A stretch of DNA of 64,000 bases from Octopus vulgaris (Eukaryota): the NCBI GenBank assembly GCA_951406725.2, contig OX597818.1:22940001-23004000 (forward strand), read 5' to 3'. Positions 38,231-53,027 of this stretch are shown here, in pieces. The translations under genes were made by a program, and so were the position numbers. How positions within the stretch are numbered: position 1 is the first letter of the stretch; each line of letters opens with the position of its first letter. Below the pieces are notes generated by a model. It worked only from the letters and a program-made list of their open reading frames with translations. It did not search any database and was not told the DNA's origin.

Positions 38231-38244
38231 GAAACTAATATATA

Positions 38245-39116
38245 CCGTAAATCCTCGAGTATAATCCGCATTTTCCCCCAAAATTTAAAGGTCAAAATCC
38301 TTAGTGCGTATTATACACGAGGTTAAAAATGAAAATTATTTTCTAAGCAATGTTCAAGTCTCTATTTGCTGTCCGGCAATGCTTATTCAGACGCATTTTG
38401 TGATGTCGGGCGCGAAAATACATCAAGCTAAGCCTGAAAGCAATGAAGTCATAAAAGAATCATCCATAACTTGCAGTAACAAAAACAATTTTCAAACATA
38501 TATACATTCCCATATAACAGTTAAGAACATCACCATTATTGTATTACGCATGTGCAGATGTGCTTGTTCGACTAGGTGCTGCTGGCTTAATTACGCACGA
38601 ATTGTGCTTAATAGTTTAGCGCTAAATAGTTCATCCTGCTGTTTGTATTGGCAGTTTGCATCATTACCGTGGCAAACAATAGATACTTAATTAAATACCA
38701 GTATTAAATGTTTGAACTACTGTGGTTCTTTACTAGGGTTATTTATAAGCGGGACTTAAGCCTGTACATTAATCTCCAATAAAACATTTTATACATTACA
38801 TGCCCATAAATGCCTCGTAGATCTTATTCGGCTATATTTAAACTTGAAGTTATATCATATGCTGAAGAACATGGTAATAGGGCCGCCGGAAGAAAATTTG
38901 AAAAGCTACACTTTTGCATTATGTTATATATACAACAATAATAATGGACGTTAACGTATACATTTTTACAAACCAAGGACGTTATATAGACCTCTTTGAC
39001 TCAAGTTAGAGAAGGGGTGCGTATTATACACAAGGTTTAGATTTTTCAGAGGTGCAGCCCCCTAAAGATCCCCTGCGTATTATACTCAAGGATGGACTAT
39101 ACTCGAGGATTTACGG
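38245..39116 (+). mobile_element. Non-autonomous pogo-type DNA transposon
   Basis: TA-flanked TIRs CCGTAAATCCTCGAGTATA(A/G)TCC; subterminal TGCGTATTATAC repeats; 38810 MPRRSYSAIFKLEVISYAEEHGNRAAGRKFE resembles the Brinker-type DNA-binding domain of pogo transposases. Confidence 0.88.
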
Positions 39117-39444
39117 TATACAATTGTCACTAACTATGACTAACTGTACGGGGTAGAACATACGTTATTAGAAATAAGAGTTTAAAAACCCTTAGCTGTA
39201 AGGAAGCAGAGTTCCATACACTGGCAGGGAAGGTAACCGCTCCACAGGGAATGAAATTAGACTAGTGTAGTGATCTTGCTTGTTGTGGGGTGGCTAACTC
39301 CCCTGTCAGTATATGGAACTGTACTTTCTTGTGGCTAAAGATGTTTTAAAACTCTTATGTAGGTGCTACCCTGCACCGTCAGTGAAAATTAGTTACAATC
39401 GAATTTTTCCTTTTTGGTTCTATATTGCGTATAGTTGCCTTGGT

Positions 39445-39573
<129 letters not shown>

Positions 39574-39967
39574 CACGTATATATGTAAAGAGAGAGAGAG
39601 AAGGTTGTTTGTTATGGCTGGTGAGAGACTGGCCGTTGGTTTCGCACCTATACAGCTAAGCCTTTTATAGGTCTGAAACCAATGGTCAAAACAATCAACC
39701 TTCTGACTATACTACTGCTCTGTTTTAGAGTGTGTTTCTTTTCCGTGTATATGAATTACTGACAGATATATGTGTGCGTGTGTGAGTGTAACAAACTTGT
39801 TATTCAGTTGTTTCTTTCTCTTTTCATGTATGTTTATACACACACACACACGTGTGTGTGGTGTATATGTGTGTGTATGTGTGTAGTACAGGAATAAAAA
39901 AAAACAAATGAAGATGTAAAAGAAACACATGGTGTATTATGCTGACGCTCAGTAAACGGAAAGAAAT

Positions 39968-40003
39968 CTTTAACGTTTCGAGCGTACGCCCTTCAGCGGA
40001 AAG
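39968..40003 (-). ncRNA. Minimal hammerhead-like fold, variant core
   Basis: Minus strand CTTT-CCGCTGA-a-GGGC-gtac-GCTC-GAAA-CG-TT-AAAG. Confidence 0.55.
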
Positions 40004-40268
40004 GAATGGTGCAGAGAAAAGAACAAGCGTTTCTCAAAAATATGGTCTTTCCATGCTGAAATGACCAGAAAAGAAAACAATGGGCTTGAGGCATGGGTGA
40101 CAGAGGAGCCAACAGTGATCTGACATATAATAGTGTGTGAGCAAGCACGCGTGTGTGTATGAAGCAATATCTACGTGTATACTTTATGTTTATGCGTGTG
40201 TATACATGTGTATGAGCGTGTTTATGAGTGTGAAGCTATGTGACGTATCTCTGTCTATGACGCTATCA

Positions 40269-40315
<47 letters not shown>

Positions 40316-40863
40316 GTATATATAGAGAAAAGGAGAGGTACAACAGTAGGATAGGGAGATAGGCATACCTTTCCTATATTACATTCCATGAATTAGGGTA
40401 TACAGAGCCAGATGCCGTTCCCAGTGTACGAGATATTCCACCAAGCTAATTTCTTGATGAAATGTTTTGAAATCCTTCCAGCATACAACGCGCTCTAGTC
40501 ACACAGAACGCACGCGCAATACACATATAAAATCACACTCGCATATATACGTGTGTGTGCGTGTGTGCGTGTGTGTGTATGTACGTATATATATATATAC
40601 ATACACACACACACATATACATATATATATATATACATACATACACGTGTGTGTGTGTATATATATATGTATATAGGAGTGTGTGTGCGTGTATATATGT
40701 ATATAGGTGTGTGTGTTTGTATGTATATGTGTGTGGATAGATAGATAGATAGATAGATAGATACATAGATAGATAGATATATACATACATACATAGATAT
40801 TCCCAAAGGCATGAACACATTCATAGACAGTGCCAAATACACATTTCTTTGCCCCCCTCCAGT

Positions 40864-40911
<48 letters not shown>

Positions 40912-41159
40912 ACACACTCGCAGACACACGCACACGCACAATAAATTAGTTACACTGCCATACACATCTCAACTAAATCTATACAGATAGGTATGTTTGT
41001 ACATGTAAACCAAGTTGTGCATGTCTGTGTAACTTAAGTATTTACACGTGTGTAGGTTGATACACGACTGATATGGATGGGCGAGTGGGGGAAGGGCAAA
41101 AGTATGATGCTCTTTGTAAGGGTATAATGTATGTGAGTGTATATGTATGTACAGATTTG

Positions 41160-41827
41160 TGTATGTATATATATGAATACATATATATATGTATGTATAT
41201 ATGTATGTATATGTATATATGTATGTATATATATATGTGTATATATATATGTGTATGCATATATATATATGTATGTATATATATATGTATGTATATATAT
41301 ATATGTATGTATATATATATATGTATGTATATATATATATATGTATGTATATATATGTATATATATATGTATGTATATATATATATATGTATGTATATAT
41401 ATATATGTATGTATATATATATATATATATGTATGTATATATATATATGTTTGTATATATATGTATGTATATATATATATGTATGTATATATATATATGT
41501 ATATATATATATGTATATATATATGTATGTATATATATATGTATATATATATGTATATATATATATGTATATATATATGTATGTATATATATATGTATGT
41601 ATATATATATGCATGTATATATATATGTATGTATATATATATGTATGTATATATATATATGTATGTATATATATATATGTATGTATATATATATATATAT
41701 GTGTGTATATATATATATGTATGTATATATATACGTATGTATATATATATATATGTATGTATATATATATGTATGTGTATATATATATATATATGTATAT
41801 GTATATAGAATATAATATGTATATGTA

Positions 41828-41896
<69 letters not shown>

Positions 41897-42043
41897 GTAC
41901 ATATATGTATATATATGTACGTAAACAAACACACATACACTGATATATATAATGTATATACATATATATATATATATATAAATATATATACATATATAAA
42001 ATAAGTATATGTATATATGTGTGCATATGTATACGGATACGTA

Positions 42044-42076
<33 letters not shown>

Positions 42077-42078
42077 GC
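41160..42078. repeat. Compound (TA)n/(TATG)n array, ~900 bp
   Basis: Directly visible. Similar arrays at ~5101-5610, 53520-54010, 58380-58750 and 62370-62720. Confidence 0.97.
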
Positions 42079-42438
42079 ATGCTCCTACTCTAGATACCTA
42101 TCTGTTTATATAGGTGTGTCCAGGTATTTTTTTCTATTTAGTTTTAAGTTTATAAAAATAAAATTAGCAACACACATTTTCAAAGTAATACACGCACACA
42201 CACACACACACTCACACACACACACATACACAAATGCATATGCATGAGTGCGTTTGCAAGTACGCACACATATCCACGCGCACATGCACACACAAAACAC
42301 ACCCACGTATGTGCACATGGATTCATTTACATGTTTTAAGCGAGTAAACTGGTCGCTCAGTGCATATGTTTATTTACATATAGTCATAATGCTTCTATAC
42401 GATATACATACACACATGCATATAACTACTTATAACTA

Positions 42439-42480
<42 letters not shown>

Positions 42481-42761
42481 ATTGAATGTAATCTATTTTA
42501 CACTAGAGTGAACCCATGATCATTAGGAAGATGTATATATCTGTGTGTGTTTGTGTGTGTGTGTTTATATATGTATATGCACCACACCATAAATATGCAT
42601 GCATATGTCTGTTTATAAATATTTCACTGACATACACGCACGCACGCGCACACACACATATACACACACATGCATAATACATACACGCACATTTGTATAT
42701 ACATATTTATTTATCTACATCTCTCTCTCATTCTCTCTCTTTCTCTCTCCCTCCCTCTCTC

Positions 42762-42793
<32 letters not shown>

Positions 42794-42804
42794 GTATATA
42801 TTTT

Positions 42805-43020
42805 CCTTTTCGTTTCAGTCATTTAATTGCGGCCATGCTGGAGCATAGCCTTTAGTCGAACAAATCGACACCAGGACTTATTCCTTGTAAACCTAATTCT
42901 TATTCTATCGGTCTCTTTTGCCGAACCGCTACGTTACGGGGACATAAGCATACCAGAATCGGTTGTCAAGCGATGGGGGGGGGGGGACAAACACAGACAC
43001 ACAAACATATACACACACAC

Positions 43021-43058
<38 letters not shown>

Positions 43059-43123
43059 GACGGGGTTCTTTCAGTTTCCGTCTACCAAATCCACTCACAA
43101 GGCTTTAGTTGGCCCGAGGCTAT

Positions 43124-43124
<1 letters not shown>
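42805..43124 (-). mobile_element. SINE family A copy, 5'-interrupted
   Basis: Tail through to GGCCCGAGGCTATAG, then (TA)n. Confidence 0.85.
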
Positions 43125-43199
<75 letters not shown>

Positions 43200-43251
43200 C
43201 TTTGTTGATTACCAAATCCACTCACAAGGCTTTAGTTGGCCCGAGGCTATA

Positions 43252-43322
<71 letters not shown>

Positions 43323-43324
43323 AA

Positions 43325-43800
43325 TCTTTGTTGATTCATCAGAAGAGCTAAATTAGTGAACTCAGTACTCTTTAATACGTTATAAGTGATAGGCACCGTT
43401 TTTCACTACTCAGAGTTACTCGTTTCCCATCATCAGCTGGCAAGACAGAGCGAGAGAAAGATAGTGTGAGAGTGGGAAGGGCATGTAACAGAAGGGCTAA
43501 AAGCAGAGATGGATAAATTAATTTCATCAGCCAGCTTTCTAGAGTCTTTACATTCTCGGCGTTTTGAAAAATTCGATATCGTTCGTCTGGACGACAGCAG
43601 ATTTTATACAAAAGATGATAAAGACAAGTTTTGCAACTAAAAACATATGGTTTGTTAAAAGAAGTTTTACTATTGAAAATCAACAAGACAGAGAAAAAGA
43701 CCTGAACACAAGCAAGAACAAATACATAGTAGAGGCAATGGTATCATTCGACTTTAGGCAGAGACAAAAATAGAAAGTACCATGGTAGGTAGAAAATATG
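43325..43800 (-). mobile_element. Decayed Penelope-like ORF end and downstream terminal region
   Basis: KTLESWLMKLIYPSL resembles the GIY-YIG C-terminal ESxxIxxxxPxLN motif; CTGATGA motifs lie downstream (~43429-43435, ~43338-43344). Confidence 0.45.
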
Positions 43801-43892
43801 GATCTTCGTCTATTTATTGATCCAGAGTAAAGAGAAATATTGAATACTTGCGCTCAGTGAGACGCTCGCGAAACAAAAGGCCGAGAGAAAGT

Positions 43893-44277
43893 AGCGTAGC
43901 CGTATTTCGTCTGCCGTTACGTTCTGAGTTCAAATTCCGCCGAAGTCGACTTTGCCTTTCATCCCTTCGGGGTCGATTAAATAAATACCAGTTACGCACT
44001 GGGGTCGATGTAATCGACTTAATCCGTTTGTTTGTCCTTGTTTGTCCCCTCTTTGTTTATCCCCTTGTGGGTAGTAAAGAAATAGGTATATCGTCTGCCG
44101 TTACGTTCAGAGTTCAAATTCAGCCGAGGTCGACTTTGCCTTTAATCCTTTAAGGGTCGACAAATTAAGTACCAGTTACGCACTGAAGTCCGTGTAATCA
44201 ACTTAGTCCCTTTGTCTGTCCTTGTTTGTCCCCTCTATATTTAGCCCCTTGTGGGCAATAAAGAAATAAGAAAAAAG
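43893..44277 (+). mobile_element. SINE family B dimer with Tx1-like tails
   Basis: Two tandem units ending CCCCTTGTGGG(TAG/CAA)TAAAGAAATA. Confidence 0.88.
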
Positions 44278-44778
44278 AGCGAAAGAGAGACAGAAAGGGG
44301 GCAAAATATAAAGTGAGAGAAAGTTGGTGAAAAAGAGCTTGAGGTGCAGAATGCACTGAGAAAAAGATAATATAAGCTCCAGCGAGAGAAGACAAATCAA
44401 TTACGATGAAAAATATGACTGAGTATACAAGAAATGGTTATTCAAAATAAGGATAAAGGACGTGTGGGATAACTAAGAAAAACAACAAAATATAGACATG
44501 AAAAACCTATTTCATTAGTCAACTTTCTGTACGATTTCGACACTAGGAAGAAGTGGATAGTGTTTGCCTGGAAAACGTTAGGTTTCACACAAAAGAAAAC
44601 GAAAGTAAGTCATGTGACTAAAAACACACAGGACTGTAAAAATGTCTTACGCACACATGCTTATATATGTGCGCGCGCGCGTTTAGTATAAATTTATAAT
44701 TTATATATTATGTATATTGATACAAACTTACATACATGCATACATAGATACATGTGTGTGTCTGTTCATTAAGATACA

Positions 44779-44829
<51 letters not shown>

Positions 44830-46199
44830 CTTATATATATATATACTTGCGTGTGTGTGTGTGCGCGGTCATGAATATACGCAGAACTTAACATATAATC
44901 CATGAATTTGTGTTTAGATAATTATTTCTGCTTGTATACTTGCATATATATAAATATTTACATTATAATAAATATGCGCATAAACAAATTTTCATGAATT
45001 TATATTTAATATGTGTTGAACATATGAAGCTAATCTGTGATATATACTATATGCGGTTTAAAGTCTTTATTACCTTTTCTCTGTCTTTGTAGCGCTTGGT
45101 GTCTTTATTTCTCTTTCTTTACCCCTCTTCCTTATATCTTTTTCTTCCATCCTTTCGTAGTCAATAAAGTATAAATATTTTAACAAAAAGTATATGCAAT
45201 TTTAAACCAAGTTTAAGGAAGCTAATGCAGATTAAAAATTGGAAAAAAATCGATATTTCTAATGCGTGGCGAGGTTACAGAATTATAGTCAAGGCTTGTT
45301 TGAGCTCAACCCAACATTTTGTTGGGTCAAGCACGTTTATTGCTTGACCAATATAGCACTAGTTTAAGTACTGTGACGACGTAGATAAATTCCTGGTCTT
45401 GTGGCTATGTTTAGAGACGTCTATTATCTGTTTTCAATAGTTTCCTGCAAGTTTCTAATGCACAGTTAAAACGTTTCTATGTTCTCGAGGTACAGCATTG
45501 TGACACATTTTCTTTGGTGCGTGTAAGAACGTATTTCTAAGTTAACATCTTTGCTTCAAGGGCTTGTTTTGTCGTTTCTGGTGTTTATTGTTTCGCCCGT
45601 TGTTACATATAGTATGTTATGTGATTTGTGTTATTTCATTAAGGCTGTGATTGTCCCGGGTACGTACTGTGTCGGTTGCGTTATAGCACTGAATGACAAC
45701 TGCCAAGAATATGCTTTTGTTAATGTTTACGTTATTCTATTATGTGGCAATAAAATTTTTATTGGGTGTTGGTTGTCTTGGCTATGTTCGTCGTTCTGGT
45801 TATTGTGCAGAGTATGTGCAATGTCTCTTGTGTTACTGGGTGGTCAATATGTAGAATATGCGTGGTGAGAGTTGTACTATAAGTGTATTGCGCATAAGCA
45901 CTGAATGTAGACTGTATCAAGAAGGCTTAAATTTTTTAAGCATGTATATTGTCATTGTTACTGTTGTTGTTACTGTTTAACATCAGAACTACTCAAGTTA
46001 AGTAAAGTTTTGATCAAAAGTTTTCACACATTTTTAAAGCCAAGTGTATCTTGATCAACATTATCGTGTCCTCTTTCTTTTTGCAAACCAGTAGCAGAAA
46101 TTTTATGAAGATTTGCTTTCTATTTGTAGCGGGTCGAGCGACCGCACGAAGACTGGATTTAATATTAGTCAGTCTCTTTTGTAGTTACATTTTTCTAAT

Positions 46200-46950
46200 T
46201 CCTTCTTCATTTCTGTATTGCATCCTATCAGTTTCATCTACTTCCTATACTGGTCACTCCATCTGTTAGGAATAGTATGCATCAATGAATTTGTGTTTAA
46301 AATCACACCCTAACTTCTTAAAAACAGAGATATTGGATGGTGTTATCCTTGATACATTATACCTGAATAATGATGAGATGGTTTAGGCTTGAACGCCTTG
46401 AATCTAGGTCTGCTCGATCAAAGCTGAGTTGGCTCTAAACAACAACAAAAATGCTTAAGTATTTCCACGAGTACTACTGGTTTAATTTTTCGATTTTAGT
46501 GTCTGGATCTGAACAAACTTTCTCAGTTTCAATTAATTTACTTCTTCTTAGAGTAGTTTCAACACATTTGGCACATCCTACTTTCATTTTGATAACCCCA
46601 ATAAATTCATGTGCATATTTTTGCACGTTCTCTAGTCGGGCGTTATCCCATATAAATAGCTAAAAAGCATCTCTGAGGAGGAGATAGCTTATAATATGTC
46701 CTGACATCTATAACTGTCGATGGTTCATTTAGCACATTCGTTAATAGAATCAAAGCATGGCTGAAATGTTGAGGGGGTAATATATCTCCCTATAAGTTTA
46801 GGGCTGTTTTTTATAATCATTTATTTGCTTTACGCTGGCTTATATATTTTCCATTTCGACGTCACATGGTTTTAGCGTTGGGATTGCTTTATTTTACAAG
46901 CATTATCTCCAATATCCCAAAGCACGATTTACTATGAAATGCTTTTCGTT
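46200..46950 (-). mobile_element. Highly decayed R4/Dong-like RT fragment
   Basis: Minus-strand reading MKVGCAKCVETTLRRSKLIETEK...YSWKYL resembles the GLDKC...KRGK...YKYLG region; boundaries approximate. Confidence 0.5.
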
Positions 46951-47249
46951 GCTATTTTCAATATAAATACCAACTCATTTCGGATCTAAATCCCACCGAG
47001 GTTGAATTTACCTTTCATCTCTTCATTTTTGATTAATTACTACCAGTTCTCGACACTAGAACGTTCTGAGGGAAAAGGCTGCACTGAGAATCTCCTTTCG
47101 GTTCTCAGCTTTCTCTTAACTTTAGTCATTAAGGCGCCCAGGAAACAGAGTTCTTATTTAACCACAAATCAACTCTGATAGAGAAAACCTATGATCAAAG
47201 CTAGTCCAGCCGAAGCCATCCGGCTTTTGGCGGTATGAAAGAATACATA

Positions 47250-47670
47250 GGCGCAGGAGTGGCTGTGTGGTAAGTAGCTTGCTTACCAACCACATGGTTC
47301 CGGGTTCAGTCCCACTGCGTGACATCTTGGGCAAGTGTCTTCTGCTATAGCCCCGGGCCGACCAATGCCTTGTGAGTGGATTTGGTAGACGGAAACTGAA
47401 AGAAATTGTATATATGTATTTATATGTATATATGTATGTGTGTGTATGTGTTTGTGTGTCTGTGTTTGTCTCCCTAGCATTGCTTGACAACCGATGCTGG
47501 TGTGTTTACGTCCCCGTCACTTAACGGTTCGGCAAAAGAGACCGATAGAATAAGTACTGGGCTTACAAAGAATAAGTTCCGGGGTCGATTTGCTCGACTA
47601 AAAGGCGGTGCTGCAGCATGGCCGCAGTCAAATGACTGAAACAAGTAAAAGAGAAAAGAGAGAAAGAGAA
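47250..47670 (+). mobile_element. SINE family A, full-length copy
   Basis: Head TGGCTGTGTGG...GGTTCAGTCCC, CTTGGGCAAGTG body, internal TG/TA tract, tail CAGTCAAATGACTGAAACAAGTAAAAGAG; more than 10 related copies in the window. Confidence 0.9.
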
Positions 47671-48117
47671 TAGTATATTGTATCCTTGCTTTTTGTTTTT
47701 TAAGGCGCCAGGGTGTGATCTGAGGAAGATACTATTTCTATCAAGTCAGGTGACTACATTGGTGCGAGTAGGAATTGTTACAAAATGGATTTTTACTATT
47801 CTTAATCTTTTGGTGGGAGATGAAAGGGCGGCGCCCCTCTGGTAGAAAAGGCAGCAGGTATATATTCTTGGACCGGAAGACTAATCCGAATGCTTGCAAC
47901 AGCTCTACTAAAGATATCCAAGTGCAAGGTGGGGTGTTAAACCGGATTATGGGTTAAATCTACCGCCCAAGAACAAGATCATGCTCTCTAATGGCCTTCC
48001 ACAAGGGTTTGGCTGATCTAAAGCTGTGCTAGAAGATATTTGCCCTAGGTGTCCTACAGTGGGATTTAGAAGATCCTCGGAAGTAATAATTACTCAACGA
48101 GTATGTATGTATGTATG

Positions 48118-48151
<34 letters not shown>

Positions 48152-48377
48152 TGTATGTATGTATGCATGTATGCACGTGGGTGTGCGCGTGTGTGTGAGC
48201 GTGTGTGTGTGTGTGTGTATGTATATATGCATGTATGTATGTATGCATGTATGTATGTGTGTGTGTATATGTATGTGTGTGTGTATGTATGTATGTATGT
48301 ATGTATGTATGTATGTATGTATGTATGTATGTATGTATGTATGTATGTGGGTGCATATATATATATATATATATATA

Positions 48378-49421
<1,044 letters not shown>

Positions 49422-49581
49422 CTATGTTTCCGACGAAGAATGTGTTAAATCATGAGGCACTGAATGAGAATGACTCCCGCTAGACACAACAGAATATGCT
49501 TCAATACACAAACTCTTATAAAGAATCTTGCAAACCAAATCTCAAAACGAGATAGATAGGTAGGTAGATAGATAGACAGAC

Positions 49582-49684
<103 letters not shown>

Positions 49685-50184
49685 TTGAAAACTTGCAATA
49701 CAGCTGCATAGTGTAAACTTGTAAAAACTGCTTCTCTTTAAAAAGAAAACATGTTATTTTAGAAAACTTATGCAACAGCCACATTCATTTGAAGACCAGC
49801 TGTATTTTCAGTCCTGTTTATTTCAGTCTTCATCGTAAAATTAATATTGTCATAAGTATCAGATAAACTCCATTCGAACCAAAATACCCAAGTGATTTTA
49901 AATATATCTTCTTCACTCATCTGCTATGTTTTACTGCTGCACAACATTGGTGTTCCGACTGACAGTCTGTACGCTGCACGCTCAGAAAAAGTCCGGACAC
50001 ATCTTTTTTTCTATTCAACGAGTACAAGGAAGACACACACATATACACGCACGCATACACACATACACACACGCACACACGCACACACACACACACACAC
50101 ACACACTGCAGTGAGAGAGAAAGAGGGAGAGAGAGAATTAAAAATATACATTTGCATACATGCTTGTTTGCATGTATGTATGTA

Positions 50185-50220
<36 letters not shown>

Positions 50221-50463
50221 TGTATGTATGTATGTATGTATGTATGTATGTGTCTATGCAGTATTTTGGACTAATGTGTTGAAGTGTTGAGTAGAGCACT
50301 TGCACGGTTTGGGATTCCCTGTGTCATCTACAGTTGGGGTATATTTCCGTTAGCTTGATACAGATCTTTAGATACACAGTATGTCTGTCTGTCTCTATGT
50401 ATGTATGTATGTATGTATGTATGTATGTATGTATGTATGTATGTATGTATGTATGTATGTATG

Positions 50464-50548
<85 letters not shown>

Positions 50549-50899
50549 GCATCACAACATGTTGCATGGAGTTCTACTCATAAGGGACAGTAGCAGGATA
50601 AGTTGAAACGATCGTCGTAAAAATAAAGACTAACGCCAAATCCATCTTCCGGCTACTTAATTATATATACATACATTCCTTTCTGCAATGGGCACAAGGC
50701 CTGAAATTTTGTCGGAGTAGGACTAGTCGATTGCCTCGACCCCAGTTCTTAACTTATTTCACGTATCCAGAAACGATGCAGACCACACAACCCTTCATTA
50801 CTCCCTAACCTTCCCTAACTAGGCATCATCCACACACCAAACTTGCATTAATTCTTCTATAAAGAAGACGTGAGAATCTTCCAATTGGTTCAAAGAAAT

Positions 50900-51605
50900 C
50901 TTGTCTTTCTTGACAGTAAAAAAAAAAGACATTCAAGCTCTACTCTTACCAACAAAACATCAACGCACCCCACACACCTCACTAATCATCAGCGACCCTA
51001 AACTGGAGCCTTCGCGATCGCTCCAAATGCTGAATCCCACTATCATTGAGGAACTGTCCTTGCAAAAACACCTACTAAGCAGAGCTAGGACTGCATCCGA
51101 AAGTTTAGTCCTCTTTATAGCCAGAAGGTATTCAAAAACTAACAACTGAGAACCACAATGAAATACTGCTCCCCCATCGAGGACAGTGCTACTGCTACAC
51201 GCATTGACATCCTCGATTGCAACGAATTAAGGGCCATTCGGTTAATTGAAGACACATCACTAACAGACACATAGCATGTGGCTCACGGGCTTGTCTCCTC
51301 ATTCTGTATTTTCTGTCACTACTATTAAGACTTCTTCTCGAGCTGCTGGGTCTCATATCTCCGCCACTCAGGTTTCCTCAAATCACACGTTTCTCCACAT
51401 CTCCGTAACCTTGGTGCGTCCAACCCCTCTTTTCTCACACGAGACACAATGTCCAGTCCTTCATCCCCATAACATTGACTCCCTGGACTCCTCCCAGTAC
51501 CGCTCATATCTTTCCTTCGGCTTAAACGGAGCATTAACGGCATCGATCTTACTAGTCCCAGAGAGTCTGCAAAGGACATGGGGCTCCTCTCGTTTCAAGT
51601 AAAAA
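50900..51605 (+). mobile_element. CR1/L2-group LINE 3' fragment, decayed
   Basis: PTMKYCSPI...RIDILDCNELRAIRLI resembles the post-RT PxMEYCSxxW...RAIRLI motif; A-run at 51601. Confidence 0.65.
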
Positions 51606-52019
51606 AAATAGACAATCTAGAACGTCTATGAACCTAGGAATTCTATTATTTCAAACCAAACTATATGCAGGGAAGTGACAATCATCAATGAGATCTATAT
51701 AAAACAAAGATGTCATATGTATTACAGATAAAATACACTTGAACCCAGTAACAATTTTTGCGGTTTCTCGACAGTTCTAACATGCAAAAACTCTCTAGCT
51801 ACAAAACCTAAAATGACTTTCTAAAATTACCTTGAAAATGGCAAGCTCTCCCAAAAGATGCTTGGAAGCATTTTATATCCTAGCCATTAAGACAGTAGCC
51901 TAAATGAACAAGATATTCAAGGTAGGCTAAAAATTAGACTTCGTATCTTTTGGTAAGGACTTGGTACAAATCTTAGAAAGGGACTGTTTGTGTTATCATC
52001 AAGGAAAATCACTTGCTAA

Positions 52020-52330
52020 GTGATACTCAGAACAGTTCCTGTTCACGGTGAGAGCTGCCTTATACAAATACAGCAGCATTACCACAGGATATTGAAGGAA
52101 CTACTAAACTCATCAAACATAGATGTGGTATATACGGACTTTGCAAATGATTACAATGAATTTGATCATATCGCAAAATATGTATTCCCGACATTACTAG
52201 GAAAATGACTGGAGTAGATTTTAAGGGAAATAAGCCAGTTTGTTCTAGACAATGATACACTTTCAAAGAAATCAACAACTTCTGAGTGAATGTTTTTGTG
52301 AACTATCTTGGAGCCAAGAACTCTGTAACA
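52020..52330 (+). mobile_element. CR1-like RT fragment, decayed
   Basis: HYHRILKELLNSSNIDVVYTDFANDYNEFDH resembles the RT motif VDVIYLDFAKAFDKVDH. Confidence 0.6.
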
Positions 52331-52379
52331 ACTCTCATATTCAACACATTTGAGTGGTGTTCGTAGCTGACGAAGTGAA

Positions 52380-52867
52380 AACGACACAGATACGAATGAA
52401 TCCTACGATCCAATGACGTCATTCACAGCCCATCTTCTGTTTTTACACATGTCTGAGAGAGGAATTTTTTTCTTGGGACTTACCCCGCGACCACAGGTTT
52501 TGTCACGTTCGAGTGCACTTATCGAGTATGACTTTACACGAGTATATGTCATTCAATGCTGCTCCGTGCGACATTGTTTATTTAATTGTAGCTTGACTAA
52601 GCTTTGCGCACATTAGCATACGTTCCGTACACTGCTTTAGTAAGAATAATTTCATTCTTAGCCACCTGTAAGTGACATATTTAGTGTTCATGGTTAACAC
52701 AATGAAACAACAGAGAAACGCATGTCCTACGATGCAATGACGTCATTCACAGCTCAGCTTGTGTTTTCACACTTGTGTAAGAGGTGAATTTTCCCCCGAG
52801 ACAATTTCCGCAGCTGAAGTTCTCACGTCCGAGTGCACTCGAACATTTTGAATATGCTCTTTACATG

Positions 52868-52870
<3 letters not shown>
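52380..52870. repeat. Diverged direct repeat, 324-bp spacing
   Basis: TCCTACGAT(C/G)CAATGACGTCATTCACAGC...TCACGT(T/C)CGAGTGCACT occurs at ~52401 and ~52725. Confidence 0.8.
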
Positions 52871-52915
<45 letters not shown>

Positions 52916-53027
52916 AATTTAAATAATGAGGGCGATAAATTGAATATTAATTTAATTAACATCAATTTAAAACCAGTAGCCTAGCGTATAGAAAAATCAG
53001 AAAATTCAGAAAAATTGTATTACATGC

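Noticed and set aside
40969-42080. Long ORFs (200-350 aa) rich in Y/I/H/T/C/V/M
   Set aside because: Translations of TA/TG/TATG microsatellites that lack stop codons; the same applies to most ORFs in the track.
45400-45900. Possible Penelope GIY-YIG remnant on the minus strand
   Set aside because: Similarity too degraded to support without a profile search.
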